Under the pieces are notes generated by a model. The model made no database searches. It was not told where the DNA came from and saw only the letters and a program-made list of their open reading frames with translations. A program made the position numbers and the translations under genes. 64,000 nucleotides of DNA, taken from Isurus oxyrinchus (taxonomy: Eukaryota). Position 1 is the stretch's first letter. Each line of letters begins with the position of its first letter. This document shows positions 25,711 to 37,215 of this stretch, piece by piece. Where the stretch lies: contig JANJGN010000022.1 of the NCBI GenBank assembly GCA_026770705.1, positions 6,324,001 through 6,388,000 of the forward strand, in the 5' to 3' direction.

Positions 25711-27624
25711 GAACTTAAGTGTCATCCCATCTGAAGTTGGCTAATCCAGCACAGGTCAGGGATCAAACTCCAGGAGCAATCCTGGATGGTTCACATTGCA
25801 TTTACCTGTTTAGTGGCTGAGGAGCTCAACTAAAGCAAATTTGGCAGGAATATAATGCCCACCAATCCATTCATCTCACTTTTTCTCCTGCTCCTGTCTC
25901 AATGTTTCCCTGTCTATGAGCTATTGACTGCTACCAGCTGAGTACTGACTGCTGCCAGAGTGTAAACAGTTAAACCTTGTGCAGGCTGTGGTGTTGGGTG
26001 TGGGGGATGGTTTCTGTCCTTAATAGGGGCACATGCTTCCTTTTTTGTTTTAGATTTAGAGTGTAGTCCAGTCACTACTCCAAAAAGAATGGGACAAAAT
26101 GATACAAATTATTTGATTTTACATTTCCTTCTTATTGAGGCAAGGGAATGGAATACATTTTCACCATGGAAGTCTAGTGCAGGTGTCATGCACTCTTGAG
26201 TGTGATCTAGAATGAGTTTAATGGGAAGTACATCTCTTCTATTTCTTTCCCAGTTATATATCTTTATTCCCAAACTGGGGAAAATTGGTAAATAATAAAC
26301 ACCGGCCTTACCAGCGATACCCTCATCCCAATAATTTGTATAAAAATGGAAAAACACCACCTACTCCAACCATCGCCACTCTCCAATTAATTAGCCTTTT
26401 AATTTTCTGGAGGCTGAATCCCTGTAGAAAAGAGAAGACTGAGGTCTGACATGACAGAGGTCTTCCAGGTTATGGAAGGGTTTGCTAGGGCAGATGTTGG
26501 TCAGACCTTCCCACTTGCAGGTGAGCCAAGAACTGGGGACCATAACTTTAAGATAATCACTAATTAAATTCAATAAAGAACTCAAGAGAAACTTCTTTAC
26601 CCGGAATGCTTATGGAGTGTGGACATTTGTACCACAGGAAGCAATCGAGGTGAATGACAGATGTATTTAGAGGGGAGGCTAAAAAGAATATGAGAGAAAG
26701 GAGTAGAAAATTCTGCTGATAGAATGAGATTAAGAAGGGTGGGTGAAGGCTCGTGTGGAGCATAAACACCGGAATTGAGCCGAATGGCTTGTTTCTGTGA
26801 TGTACATTCTGTGTAATTTCATGTAATTACACCTATCCTCACAATGTACTTTAATGATGTTTCTGATATAATTTGATCCAAGTGTTGTTTTTCTTGTAAA
26901 TTAGATTTTTTGTTGTTTTGGTAAATGACTGAGAATATATTGAGTATCTCTCAGCTGTGACCCTGGTGGTTTCACAGCGCCGCAGAAAACTGGGACAAAC
27001 ACACCACAAAGATCAAAAGAAACCTAAAGATTTGAGGCATTTCTGTAAAGCCATGTTACACACAATATCAGAAATAAATTATGGTGAAAGTATTTATTTT
27101 CATCGTGTTTGGTGAATGCTGCCTTCACCTAGACCAGACAATGACTCGGAGCCTTCTCAATTACAATTCTTCAAAGCACTGTCAAAACATGACCCTGTGT
27201 ATTAGTAACATGGAAAGGGGTTTTCAGAGTTCTTCATTGGGTGAATGTATCTGGCCTAGCACCGAACCACATGTGTCTCCAGCCTCTGCTGAGTTAACTG
27301 AACATATGTGTGTCAGGATGACCTTGTTAGGTGAAGTCAGGATTGGGCCACCGTTCCCCTTCACCTTCCCTTCCCCCCACCCTACCCCAGCCTGCCCAGT
27401 GATTTCTATTTCCCAAGCAACAGGTTGGCAGCATGTAGGATCTGTTGAAGAAATGGGGGAGTCTCGCAGCTACTTTTGCACACCTCGTGTTTCGAATGGC
27501 ATTGGCCAAGAATTGACAGCAGATTGACTATTTGATTTTTTAGCTAAGGATTTAAGGAACTTTGACTGTGTTAGTGTTAATGTGGTTGGTCCGCTATGTA
27601 GGGTGGGTGATAAAGTAAAAATAA

Positions 27625-28050
27625 GGCTTACATTTACATAGTACCTTTCACAACATCAGGACATACCAAACTGCTTTACAGCCAATGAGGTACCAACAGT
27701 GTCGTAGTCACTGTTGTAATTTAGGAAACACAGCAGCCAACTTGTGCACAGCAAGCTCCCATAAACAGCAATCAAATGTGGCAATCAATTAATCTGCTTT
27801 AGTGATGTCAATTGAATCACAGAATCACAGTGCAGAAGAGGCCATTCAGCCCATGTATTGACTATTTGGCCGGAGCACCACGGAGAACTTCCCTGCGCTT
27901 CAAAATAGTGCCATGCAATAATTTACATCTACCTGAGAGAGGCCTTAAGCCCTCAGTTTAAAGACAGAACATCCTGCTGTGCAGTACTCCCTTCAACCAA
28001 TGGGTCTTTGACTCAGAGGGAGAGTGCTACCCGCTGAACTACAACTGACA
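27625..28050 (-). mobile_element. DeuSINE copy
   Basis: aatagtgccatg...tttacatctacctgagag and ctcagagggagagtgctacc. Confidence 0.7.
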
Positions 28051-28373
28051 TCAAGAAATAGGTAACACTTCTCAAATGTTAACTGATATTCAAAATGTCC
28101 CCAAATCACAAGGTAAACAAAATAAACCAGTGTGGAAACAGGTTCGCAAACATTATTTAAGCCACATTTCTTTAAAAAGAAGTCAAGAATCAGTAGCTTC
28201 TCATGTCATTATAGATCACAAAACCTCACTGTACCTTACATTACAGTTTGCAGCAGAAGTCCTGTCGTAGTGCATAACACTGCTCTTACTGTAGCTCCTG
28301 CAAACTGTAACACAACACTAATGATAGCATTAAACTTCGGGCAATTGCACCCCAATGAGGTGATTGAACAATA

Positions 28374-29047
28374 ACAACTTGCATTTATATAACGCCTTTA
28401 ATGTAGTAAACCACCTGAAGGTGCTTCACTGGATCCTTTTCAAACTTTGTCACCAAGCCACATATTAGGACAAAAACAAAAACAGAATGCACTGTAACAG
28501 AATACGGTCCCCCGCTTATTACAGCACCCCGCCCACCAGCAATCAGCAACCGTTCATACCAGATGGTTAATTAATTATCTGTGCGTTTGGATATAATTGA
28601 CAAAGGAACCGTATGCTAGAATAGTATACCGGTTAGTGTACTGTGATAAAGGCACCAGTGATAAACTGTGCAGTGTATTGCATGGTGTACCACATAGCGT
28701 ACGGTAGCATATCACATTAAAGGTACCACTTTAAGGACACCAGCTATTCCAGGCAGACTCAGCTATTTTTTAAAAATCCACTGTAATCATCTGCAGTTTT
28801 TTTGTTTTTACCACATATTAGGGCAGATGGCCAAAAGATTAGTCTGAGTTAGGTTTTAAGGACTGTCTTAAAGAAGGAAAAAGGGAGGTGGAGAAATGGA
28901 GAGATTTGGAGGAAGCGGGTGTGGAGTTCTAGAGCCCAGAACTGGAGGAAAGCAAAGATCATGGAGAATTATGGGGCTGGAGGAGGTGCAGAAATAAAGG
29001 GGACCAAGACAAAGGAAGCCTTTGAAAACAAGAGTGAAAATTTTAAA
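28374..29047 (-). mobile_element. L2 3' fragment interrupted by the TSD-flanked insert at 28470-28810
   Basis: Tail acaacttgcatttatataacgccttt at 28374. L2 sequence resumes at 28811 after the duplicated ccacatattagg. Confidence 0.75.
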
Positions 29048-29361
29048 ACAGTGGATTTTTAAAAAATAGCTGAGTCTGCCTGGAATAGCTGGTGTCCTTA
29101 AAGTGGTACCTTTAATGTGATATGCTACAGTACGCTATGTGGTACACCATGCAATACACTGCACAGTTTATCACTGGTGCCTTTATCACAGTACACTAAC
29201 CGATATACTATTCGGTGCCTTTATGTGATCTAGCATACGGTTCCTTTGTCAATTACATCCAAACGCACAGATAATTAATTAACCATCTGGTATGAACGGT
29301 TGCTGATTGCTGGTGGGCGGGGTGCTGTAATAAGCGGGGGACCGTATTCTGTTACAGTGCA
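28488..29361. repeat. Long inverted repeat: arms 28488-28784 (297 bp) and 29048-29361 (314 bp)
   Basis: The arms are reverse complements apart from about 3 substitutions and one 17-bp indel. The spacer is a Penelope tail followed by L2 sequence. Confidence 0.95.
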
Positions 29362-29982
29362 CTTCTGGGACAAGGATGCACAAGAAGATCTTTTGTGCTT
29401 GTGAAGGAAGATGGGAGATAAAGACAGCTTTTAACGTATCAAGTGATTGTGGCAGTGTAAGTGCGCTGGCATTGCCTGCAAGTACAATACTTTACATAAA
29501 GATGAACTGATAAATACCAGCCAACCTCCTTTAGGAAATGGTAACAATAGATGGGAAGTCAATCAACACAGGTTCTGACAAGAGGCTGATTGTATTGTGC
29601 AGGTGTATGCTTGTGCCCTTTAACTACAGAACAGGATATGAGTGTGTACACCCTGTAAAGGAATCTTGCACTCAACACATCAATCACAGAAACCCAACCA
29701 AACCCTTTCCAAGTAACAGAATCACAACATGGCCCCAATTCTCAACTCACATCCCTACTACTGCTCTTTAACTGTCTACATACCTGGGACATTAAACTGG
29801 GCTGCAGCCACTCAGAAGACCTATTATGGAGTGTGTTTACACACGGTGAATCTCTGAACTCCACACAGCAAAACTGGATCATCTTTTGGGGAGATTGTGA
29901 CCTGATGTCCTTGTAGAATTTAGTACTGATTCCAACTCCTCTCACTTACTGACATTGACTTAACAGGGCAGTACATATTCAA

Positions 29983-31084
29983 AACAAAAACAGAAATACC
30001 TGGAAAAACTCAGCAGGTCTGGCAGCATCAGTGGAGAAGAACAAAGTTGACGTTTCGAGTCCTCATGACCCTTCAACAGAACTAAGTAGAAATAGGAAAG
30101 GGGTGAAATATAAGCTGTTTTAAAGGAGGGTGCGGGGGAAGAAGTGTGTGTGGGGGGTGGGGGGGTTGTTGGGACAAGCAAGCAGTGATAGGAGGAGATA
30201 ACCATAAGATGTCACAGACAAAAGAACAAAGAGGTGTTGAAAGTGGTGATATTATCTAAAAGAATGTGCTAATTAAGATTGGAGAGCAGGATGAGCAAGG
30301 TACAGATAGCTCTAGTGGGGGTGGGGTGAAATAAACCATGGGTGGAATACATTTCAAAATAATGGAAGTAGGTGGGAAAAGAAAAATTTATATAAATTAT
30401 TGTAAAAAACAAAAGGTAGGGGGAAGAAACAGAAAGGGGGTGGGAATGGAGGAGGGACCTCAAGATCTAAAGTTGTTGAACTCAATATTCAGTCCGATAG
30501 GCTGTAAAGTGCCTAGTCGGAACAATGCAGCAGGCCAAACACGGACATGTGGGCAAGAGAGCAGGGTGGAGTGTTAAAATGGCAAGCGACAGGGAGGTTT
30601 GGGTCATTCTTGCGGACAGACCGCAGGTGTTCTGCAAAGCGGTCGCCCAGTTTACGTTTGGTCTCTCCAATGTAGAGGAGACCACATTGGGAGCAACAGA
30701 TGCAGTAGACTAAGTTGGGGGAAATGCAAGTAAAATGCTGCTTCACTTGAAAGGAGTGTTTGGGCCCTTGGACGGTGAGGAGAGAGGAAGTGAAGGGGCA
30801 GGTGTTGCATCTTTTGCATTTGCATGGGGAGGTGCCGTAGGTGGGGGTTGAGGAGTAGGGGGTGATGGAGGAGTGGACCAGGGTGTCACGGAGGGAACGA
30901 TCCCTACTGAATGCTGCCGGGGGGGTGAAGGGAAGATGTGTTTGGTGGTGGCATCATGCTGGAGTTGGCGGAAATGGTGGAGGATGATCCTTTGAATGCG
31001 GAGGCTGGTGGGGTGATAAGTGAGGACAAGGGGGACCCTATCATGTTTCTGGGAGGGAGGAGAAGGCGTGAGGGCAGATGGTTG
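29983..31084 (-). mobile_element. Penelope-like retroelement 3' portion: GIY-YIG endonuclease remnant plus pLTR
   Basis: Encodes FTCISPNLVYCICCSQCGLLYIGETKRKLGDRFAEH (GIY-YIG). pLTR at about 29983-30085. Flanking direct repeat acatattcaa at 29973-29982 and 31085-31094. Confidence 0.9.
30045..30083 (-). ncRNA. Minimal type I hammerhead ribozyme motif in the Penelope pLTR, variant core CUGUUGA
   Basis: Minus strand reads AGUU CUGUUGA A GGGUC augag GACUC GAAAC GUC AACU: stem I AGUU/AACU, stem II, GAAA and a GUC cleavage triplet. Activity is unknown. Confidence 0.65.
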
Positions 31085-32527
31085 ACATATTCAACCTTGC
31101 TCATTGGTAACAGTGTTAACTCTAAGAGGGGAAAAGTGTGGGCTCAAGCCCCATTATGATGCTTGAATACATAGTCCAGACTGAGAATGCTGCATTGTTG
31201 AAAGTGCTTTTTCTGAATGACTTACAGTAATGAGGAAATGCAACAATATCAGAGGTGCATTTTTGAATGATGTGCAGTAGTGAGGGAATACTACATTGTC
31301 AGAGGTGCTTTTCTGAATGATGTAAAGGGAGTGCCACAATGTCAGAGTTGCTGTACTTTGAATAAGGCATTAAACTGAGACCTTGTTAAGGCACTTAGGA
31401 GAATCCACCACAATATCATATGGAAGGATTCTCTTCCTGGCCAAATTCCGAGCAGAAACAGAATCACTGGACATTAATTTTGTGTCTGAAGGGGCTCATT
31501 AGGTGTCAACTGGCAGCTGCAATCGCGCAGTGCTTGAGTAGAATTGAGAATGTGATTGAGTAGTTGCTCCTCTCTACACCATTATTGTGCATTTCACTTC
31601 TGGTTTAACTCCTGTCCTGGATCTTGCTGAGGACTGTGGTTTCATGGGAGGCCCTTGTGCTCAGTATCTTGCTGGGTGATAATTCTTCACCTGCAAACCC
31701 ATAGACAGTGACTGTCAGCTAGTTATGTTGCTGCAGAGAGCAGCACATGCTTCTTCCTAGTGGGCAGTGACTGGATGGTCGTCAGGAACAGACTCATTTG
31801 ACACAGGATGACTGAGGCCAATTGCAGTGCTCACCTTTCCCACAGGGGCTGAGCTACTAAAATGCAGAACAGATTAAATTTCAACTCCGTCCCAGTGTGC
31901 TTCCAGGTGGTAGGTAAGGAAAAGGCAGTGGTGGAGGCCGCTTTCACTGTATCCTCTGAATGATTGATAAGGGTTCATCTGTGAGGCTTTTACCTGGGTG
32001 GCAGCATCAGCACTTAGAAAGGTAGTTCATAACTGTGGTCCTATAGTGTTGAAATCTTTGGTCTGAGCTACCAGAGATTTCATCCTGGCAGGAGAACGTC
32101 AGAAGTAATTCCTTCTGTTCATTAGATAGCAGGCTGAGGCCCTTATAGGAGGCTGTTAACCCATAGTCCGAACTCAGATCCCAGAGCGGACGCACTGCCC
32201 TATCCATTCCCCTAAGTCAGGGCCCCGTTTCGCAGTCACACTCCATGTGAGGCTGCAAGCAGGAGACAACCATGCATGTTGTTTTATTATTTCACGGGAT
32301 GCGAACAACGCTGGCTGCACCAGCATTTCTGCCCATCCCTAACTGCTGTTGAGAAGGTGATGATAAGCAGCTTTTTCAAACCGCTGCAGTCCAAATGGTG
32401 TATGTACACCCACGGTGCTGTTAGGGAGAGAGTTCTAACATTTGAACCGGTGACGGTGAAGGATGGCGCTGATACAGTTCCAAGCCAGGATAGTGAGTGA
32501 CCTATAGGCAGGAAACGTGGAGGTGGT

Positions 32528-32759
32528 AAAAAATAAACAGAATTACCTGGAAAAACTCAGCAGGTCTGGCAGCATCGGCGGAGAAGAAAAGAGTTGACGT
32601 TTCGAGTCCTCATGACCCTTCGACATTCTGTCGAAGGGTCATGAGGACTCGAAACGTCAACTCTTTTCTTCTCCGCCGATGCTGCCAGACCTGCTGAGTT
32701 TTTCCAGGTAATTATGTTTTTGTTTTGGATTTCCAGCATCCGCAGTTTTTTTGTTTTTA
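32528..32759. mobile_element. Penelope pLTR fold-back (inverted pLTR pair)
   Basis: Perfect 85-bp arms at 32541-32625 and 32629-32713 with a 3-nt loop. The arm sequence matches the pLTR at 29990-30080. Confidence 0.9.
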
Positions 32760-32962
32760 CCAGCATGGACTGGTTGGGCTGAACGTCCTGCTTTTGTGCT
32801 TCATATCCTCTGTAATCCCATCTAATAACCCTCTCAGACCCCCTTCGCCCACCACAGACACCACCTCACCCTCAATTACCCTCACACAACCTTACCCCGT
32901 TCTCAGCTCCCTTTCGCCCCCTCACTCCCTCCCCTCACATCCTTGGACACGCCCTTACCCCT

Positions 32963-32967
<5 letters not shown>

Positions 32968-32995
<28 letters not shown>
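32968..32995. repeat. (CA)n microsatellite
   Basis: Direct reading. Confidence 0.95.
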
Positions 32996-32998
<3 letters not shown>

Positions 32999-33179
32999 TC
33001 CCCAGCCCTCAACCCCCCCTCCCCCCACTCACTCATGTGTGTTGCTGATTCCCCAGGCCTGTAACCCTGGGGGGGGGGGGGGGGTTGGTTTCTGGGGGGG
33101 AATCGCAGCCCAACAAGGGAGTCAGCAATTTGAGAGGAGAGGGGGGAGGGGAGGAGGGAGGGGGGATGGGAGGGGGAGG

Positions 33180-34100
33180 GTGAGCTGGCTGTTCACCCGC
33201 AGGATAATGATCAAAGCCGAGGATAACCCAGGGCAGGACTGCACATCCGCAGTGTTTACAGGTTTACAGGCGTTTGGTTGTGGAGTGGGGTGGCGAGGTG
33301 GGGGTGGGGGGGGGGGTGGGGGGCGGAGAGCTTTATTAATTAAACATTTTATCTTCGGCAGACAGGCGAACTTCTGACTGTCCGAGAGTGCAGATGTGCA
33401 ACATGCAAGTGTGAGAAGCTAATTAAAGTGGAGTTTCACTGCAGGAGGGAACGGGCAGCTGAAGGGAGATGATTGATTTACCTTGTCACACTCTCTGCTG
33501 GGTGTCAGAATTTAGGAGTAAATAAAGAATCACATTGTCCCTGAATTATCCAGCTCCTTTGTTTATCCAACTTCAAAGGTATAAGATTATACGAACAGTT
33601 TTCCTTTGTTTCCCTGTAGAGGGAGTATCAAACCCGGACTCCAGTTAAATGCGATCGACTTTGAAGCATTTTTTTTAAAACGTCAGGTTATAAATATTTC
33701 TCTTCCCCCCCCCTCCCCACCTTGTTTTCTAAACAGTGAATCTGTTCATTTGTAATCCCCAATATTGGGAATGAGTGAGCAACTGGACTGGAGAGAAGGG
33801 ATCAGGTGGGATCTGAGCCCACAGTCTTTGCGGTGAGATCAGCTGATCCCAGCCGTCCCAAAGGGACCTCTTCCGATTGACCTCAGGACCCTCCAGCGGA
33901 GATTCGGCCTGATTGGTGCCTATTGACTGGCTGAGCTTAGGAACTGACCGGGGCCGCGACGCCCCTCGTAGCCGAATAGCTCGCCGACGCCGTGCCTGCT
34001 ACAGGGTTCAGTGTTGGGCTGCCGGATCCCGTGGACCCTATTACTCCCGCAGCGACCAGGGGAAGGGGGCTAAAATTGGCCGTCGATTTAAAAAAAATAA
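33180..34100. promoter_or_regulatory. Candidate enhancer with TCF/LEF motifs and an adjacent CpG-rich patch
   Basis: GATCAAAG 33209-33216, ACTTCAAAG 33570-33578, CTTTGAAG 33659-33666, and dense CpG at about 33850-34090. Confidence 0.4.
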
Positions 34101-34564
34101 CCAACCGATTAATTTTTCGCTAATAAATGCATTAAGAAAGCTGAACTAACTTTCCTAAACACAAGTATCGTTAAATTGCAGTTATGGCTTGTTTGAAGCC
34201 AACTCTTTATTAACAGCCTGCAATGGAATGGGACATAAGAGTCCCATTATCAGTAATCTTGAAAAATCCCTTTCATGTGCTGGCACCCTACACAATGTCC
34301 TTCTAACATTTATGACTTTTAACAAATACATTAAGGCAAAAGGATTATCAGCATCTGAAGAAATTCTTTGAAAAGGATATGCTAATTCCTAAGGAACAGA
34401 AACATCAAACCCGTGCCAGCAAATAGCCAAGGGATCTTCACTTCTTTAATATCCTCTGTGTCGCTTTATCTCCTTACAGAACCTGTATCATCACATAAAC
34501 AGGAAATGAAACAGTTTCAGCATCAAAGCCCCACTAGGCCATGCTGTAATTTTAGATCAGGGCT

Positions 34565-34567
<3 letters not shown>

Positions 34568-34599
<32 letters not shown>
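34568..34599. repeat. (TA)n microsatellite
   Basis: Direct reading. Confidence 0.95.
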
Positions 34600-34602
<3 letters not shown>

Positions 34603-35639
34603 GTTATCTCGAAACCTTAATCAAACCACGGGTATGTGTCTTTTTCAAAGAGCCATTTGATCATTGTCATTTAAAAAACCATCAAAAACTCCAACAAGAA
34701 CTTTGTTTTTTAACCTCTTTCTGCACTTGTTTTTCTTTTTCTAGAGTTTAATTGACAGAAGGAATAGCCACAGAAAGCTTGCTTATAAACTCCACTGATC
34801 TGTTTTAAGAGATAAGGCAGATATCTTTCTGAGCTCTGTTCTCTGGGCTTTCTGTACAGTATATGAACCTTCACGTTCTTTCAGCACCCAGAGGCTTAAG
34901 GAAGTGGTGGGATATTCCCCATCACCCCCCCACCCCCCCCACCACATCCCTCCCAAGTATTAACCTCACTATCGCTATAATCTCCCCCAGGCCTACAACC
35001 CTCCTGGATCTCTGCTGTCCTCCAATTCTGGCCTCCTGTGGAACTGTGATTTTCAGGGCTCCCCCCTTGTTAGACGTGCTTTCCAGTTGCTTAGGCCCTG
35101 AACTCTTGGAACTCCCCCCAAACCTAAGTGCCTTTCTCTACCCTTCTCCTCGCAGGCCCTCCTTAAAATCTATGTCTTTGATAAAGCTTTTATTTGCCTG
35201 TCCTGATATCCCCTAAGTGATTTAGTGTCAAATTTCATCTGTGTTAACCCAGGATAATAAGTTAAAAAAACTGCGGATGTAATTCAGGATAATAAGTTGT
35301 TTGGCGATATTCAAGGAAGACTCTCAGGAGGCCCAGCTCGGATCTCAGTAGTGCCCATTGCAGGAGTATCAATGAGGGGCTGAGACCAATTGTAGCACCA
35401 CCCCCACCCCCCCCCCCCCCCCACCCCCCCACCCCCCCACCACCACCCCCAGCCACACTGGATGAGCTCATGTAACTCCACATGGTGGAGGGTGGGGCGT
35501 GGGTGGGGGAGAAGGTTGAATGTGGGAGCTGCTGGCAAGTTCTGAATGGTCTGTTTACTCACTGAATTATGGGGTAGGGGCTAAAGAAAGTTCTCCATTA
35601 GATTGTAATTAAACTTTGGAACACTGAGCAGGGGGTATC

Positions 35640-36011
35640 ACATAGAATTGCAGTGAGTCTACAGCACAGAAACAGGCCATTCAGCCCAACAGCTCCTTGC
35701 TGGTGTTTACATCCCACATGAGCCTCTTCCCATTCTTCTTCCTCTCTCACCATCAGCATACCCTTCAATTCCTCTCTCCTTCATTATGCATTTATCTAGC
35801 TTCCCCTAAAAAGCATCCAAGCTATTTACTTCATCTATTCCTTGTGGTAGCAAATTCTACATTTGAACCACTCTCTTGGTAAAGAAGTTTCTCCAGAATT
35901 TCCTTTTGAGTTATTATGACTGTCTTATATTTATGGCCTCCAGTTATGGCCTCACCTACAAGTGGAAGCATCTTTTCTATGTCTGCCCTATTAAACTCAT
36001 TCATAATCTTG
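35640..36011 (-). mobile_element. Old CR1 3' fragment
   Basis: Encodes FKIMNEFNRADIEKMLPLVGEAITGGHKYK. Similar copies at 26410-26820 (+) and 40630-41080 (-). Confidence 0.7.
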
Positions 36012-37215
36012 AACATAAGAACATAAAAAGTAGGAGAAGTAGGCTATTCAGCCCTTTGAACCTGCTCCACCAGTCAGTGAGATCATGGCTGATCTTTTAT
36101 TTTAATACCATTTTCCTGCCCTATCCTCCTGTCCCTTGATGGCTGAATAGGTAGAAATTTATCGATCTCAGTCTTGAATATAACAGCTGAGTCTCCACAG
36201 TCCTCTGGGTTAGAGAATTCCAAATATCCACCACCCTCTGAGTGAAGAAATTCCTCATCTCAGTCTTAAATGGCCTGCCCTTATTCTGAGACTGTTTCCC
36301 CTGGTTCTAGACCCCCCAGCCAAGAGCCCCGCAAAAAATTTATATGTTTGAATGAGATCACCTCTCATTCTTCTAAATTCCAGACAATAAAGGCCCAATC
36401 TTTCCTCATAGGACAATCTCTCCATCCCAGGAATTAATTTAGTGAACCTTCGTTGCACTTTCTCTATGGCAAGTATATCCTTTCTTAGATAAGGAGGCCA
36501 AAACTGCACACAATACCACAAGAGTACTCCTTTGCCAACAACAGCACTCAGGTGCTGTCTCACCAAGGCCCAGTATAATTGCAGTAAGACATCCTTATTC
36601 CTCTACTCAAATCCTTTTGTAATAAAGGCCAAAATAGCATTTACCTTCTTCATTGTTTGCTGTACCTGCATGTTAGCTTTCAGTGACTCATGAACAAGGA
36701 CACCCAAGTCCATTTGAAGTTCAACGCTTCACAGCCTCTCACCATTTAAGAAATACTCTGTATTTCTGTTTTTCCTACCAATGTGGATAACCTCACATTT
36801 CTCCACATTGTATTCCATCTGCCAAATTCTTGCCCGCTCGCTTAGCTTCTCCAAATCCACTTGAAGCATTTTTGCATTGTCCTCACAACTTACACTCCTA
36901 CCTAGTTTTGTGTCATCTGCAAACTTGGAAATATTACATTTAACACCAATATCCAAATCATTGATATACCCCACTAGTCACAGCCTGCCAACCTGAAAAT
37001 AACCCATTTATTCCTACTCTCTGTTTTCTGTTCATTGACTAATCCTCAATCCATGCCAGGATATTACCCTCAATTCCATGTGCTCTAATTTTGTTTCCTA
37101 ACCTCTTGTGTGGGACCTTATCAAAAGCTGTCTGAAAATCTAAATATACCACGTCCACCGGTTCCCCCTTATCTATTCTGTTATGTATGTCTTCAAAAAG
37201 CTCCAATGAGTTTGT
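36012..37215 (-). mobile_element. CR1 RT/3' fragment
   Basis: Encodes INDLDIGVKCNISKFADDTKLG and YCVQFWPPYLRKDILAIEKVQRRFTKLIPG. Confidence 0.88.

Noticed and set aside
28488-29361. A single DNA transposon with 300-bp TIRs
   Set aside because: No TSD outside the arms. The left arm sits inside a separate TSD-flanked insert, and the spacer continues the L2 that begins outside the left arm.
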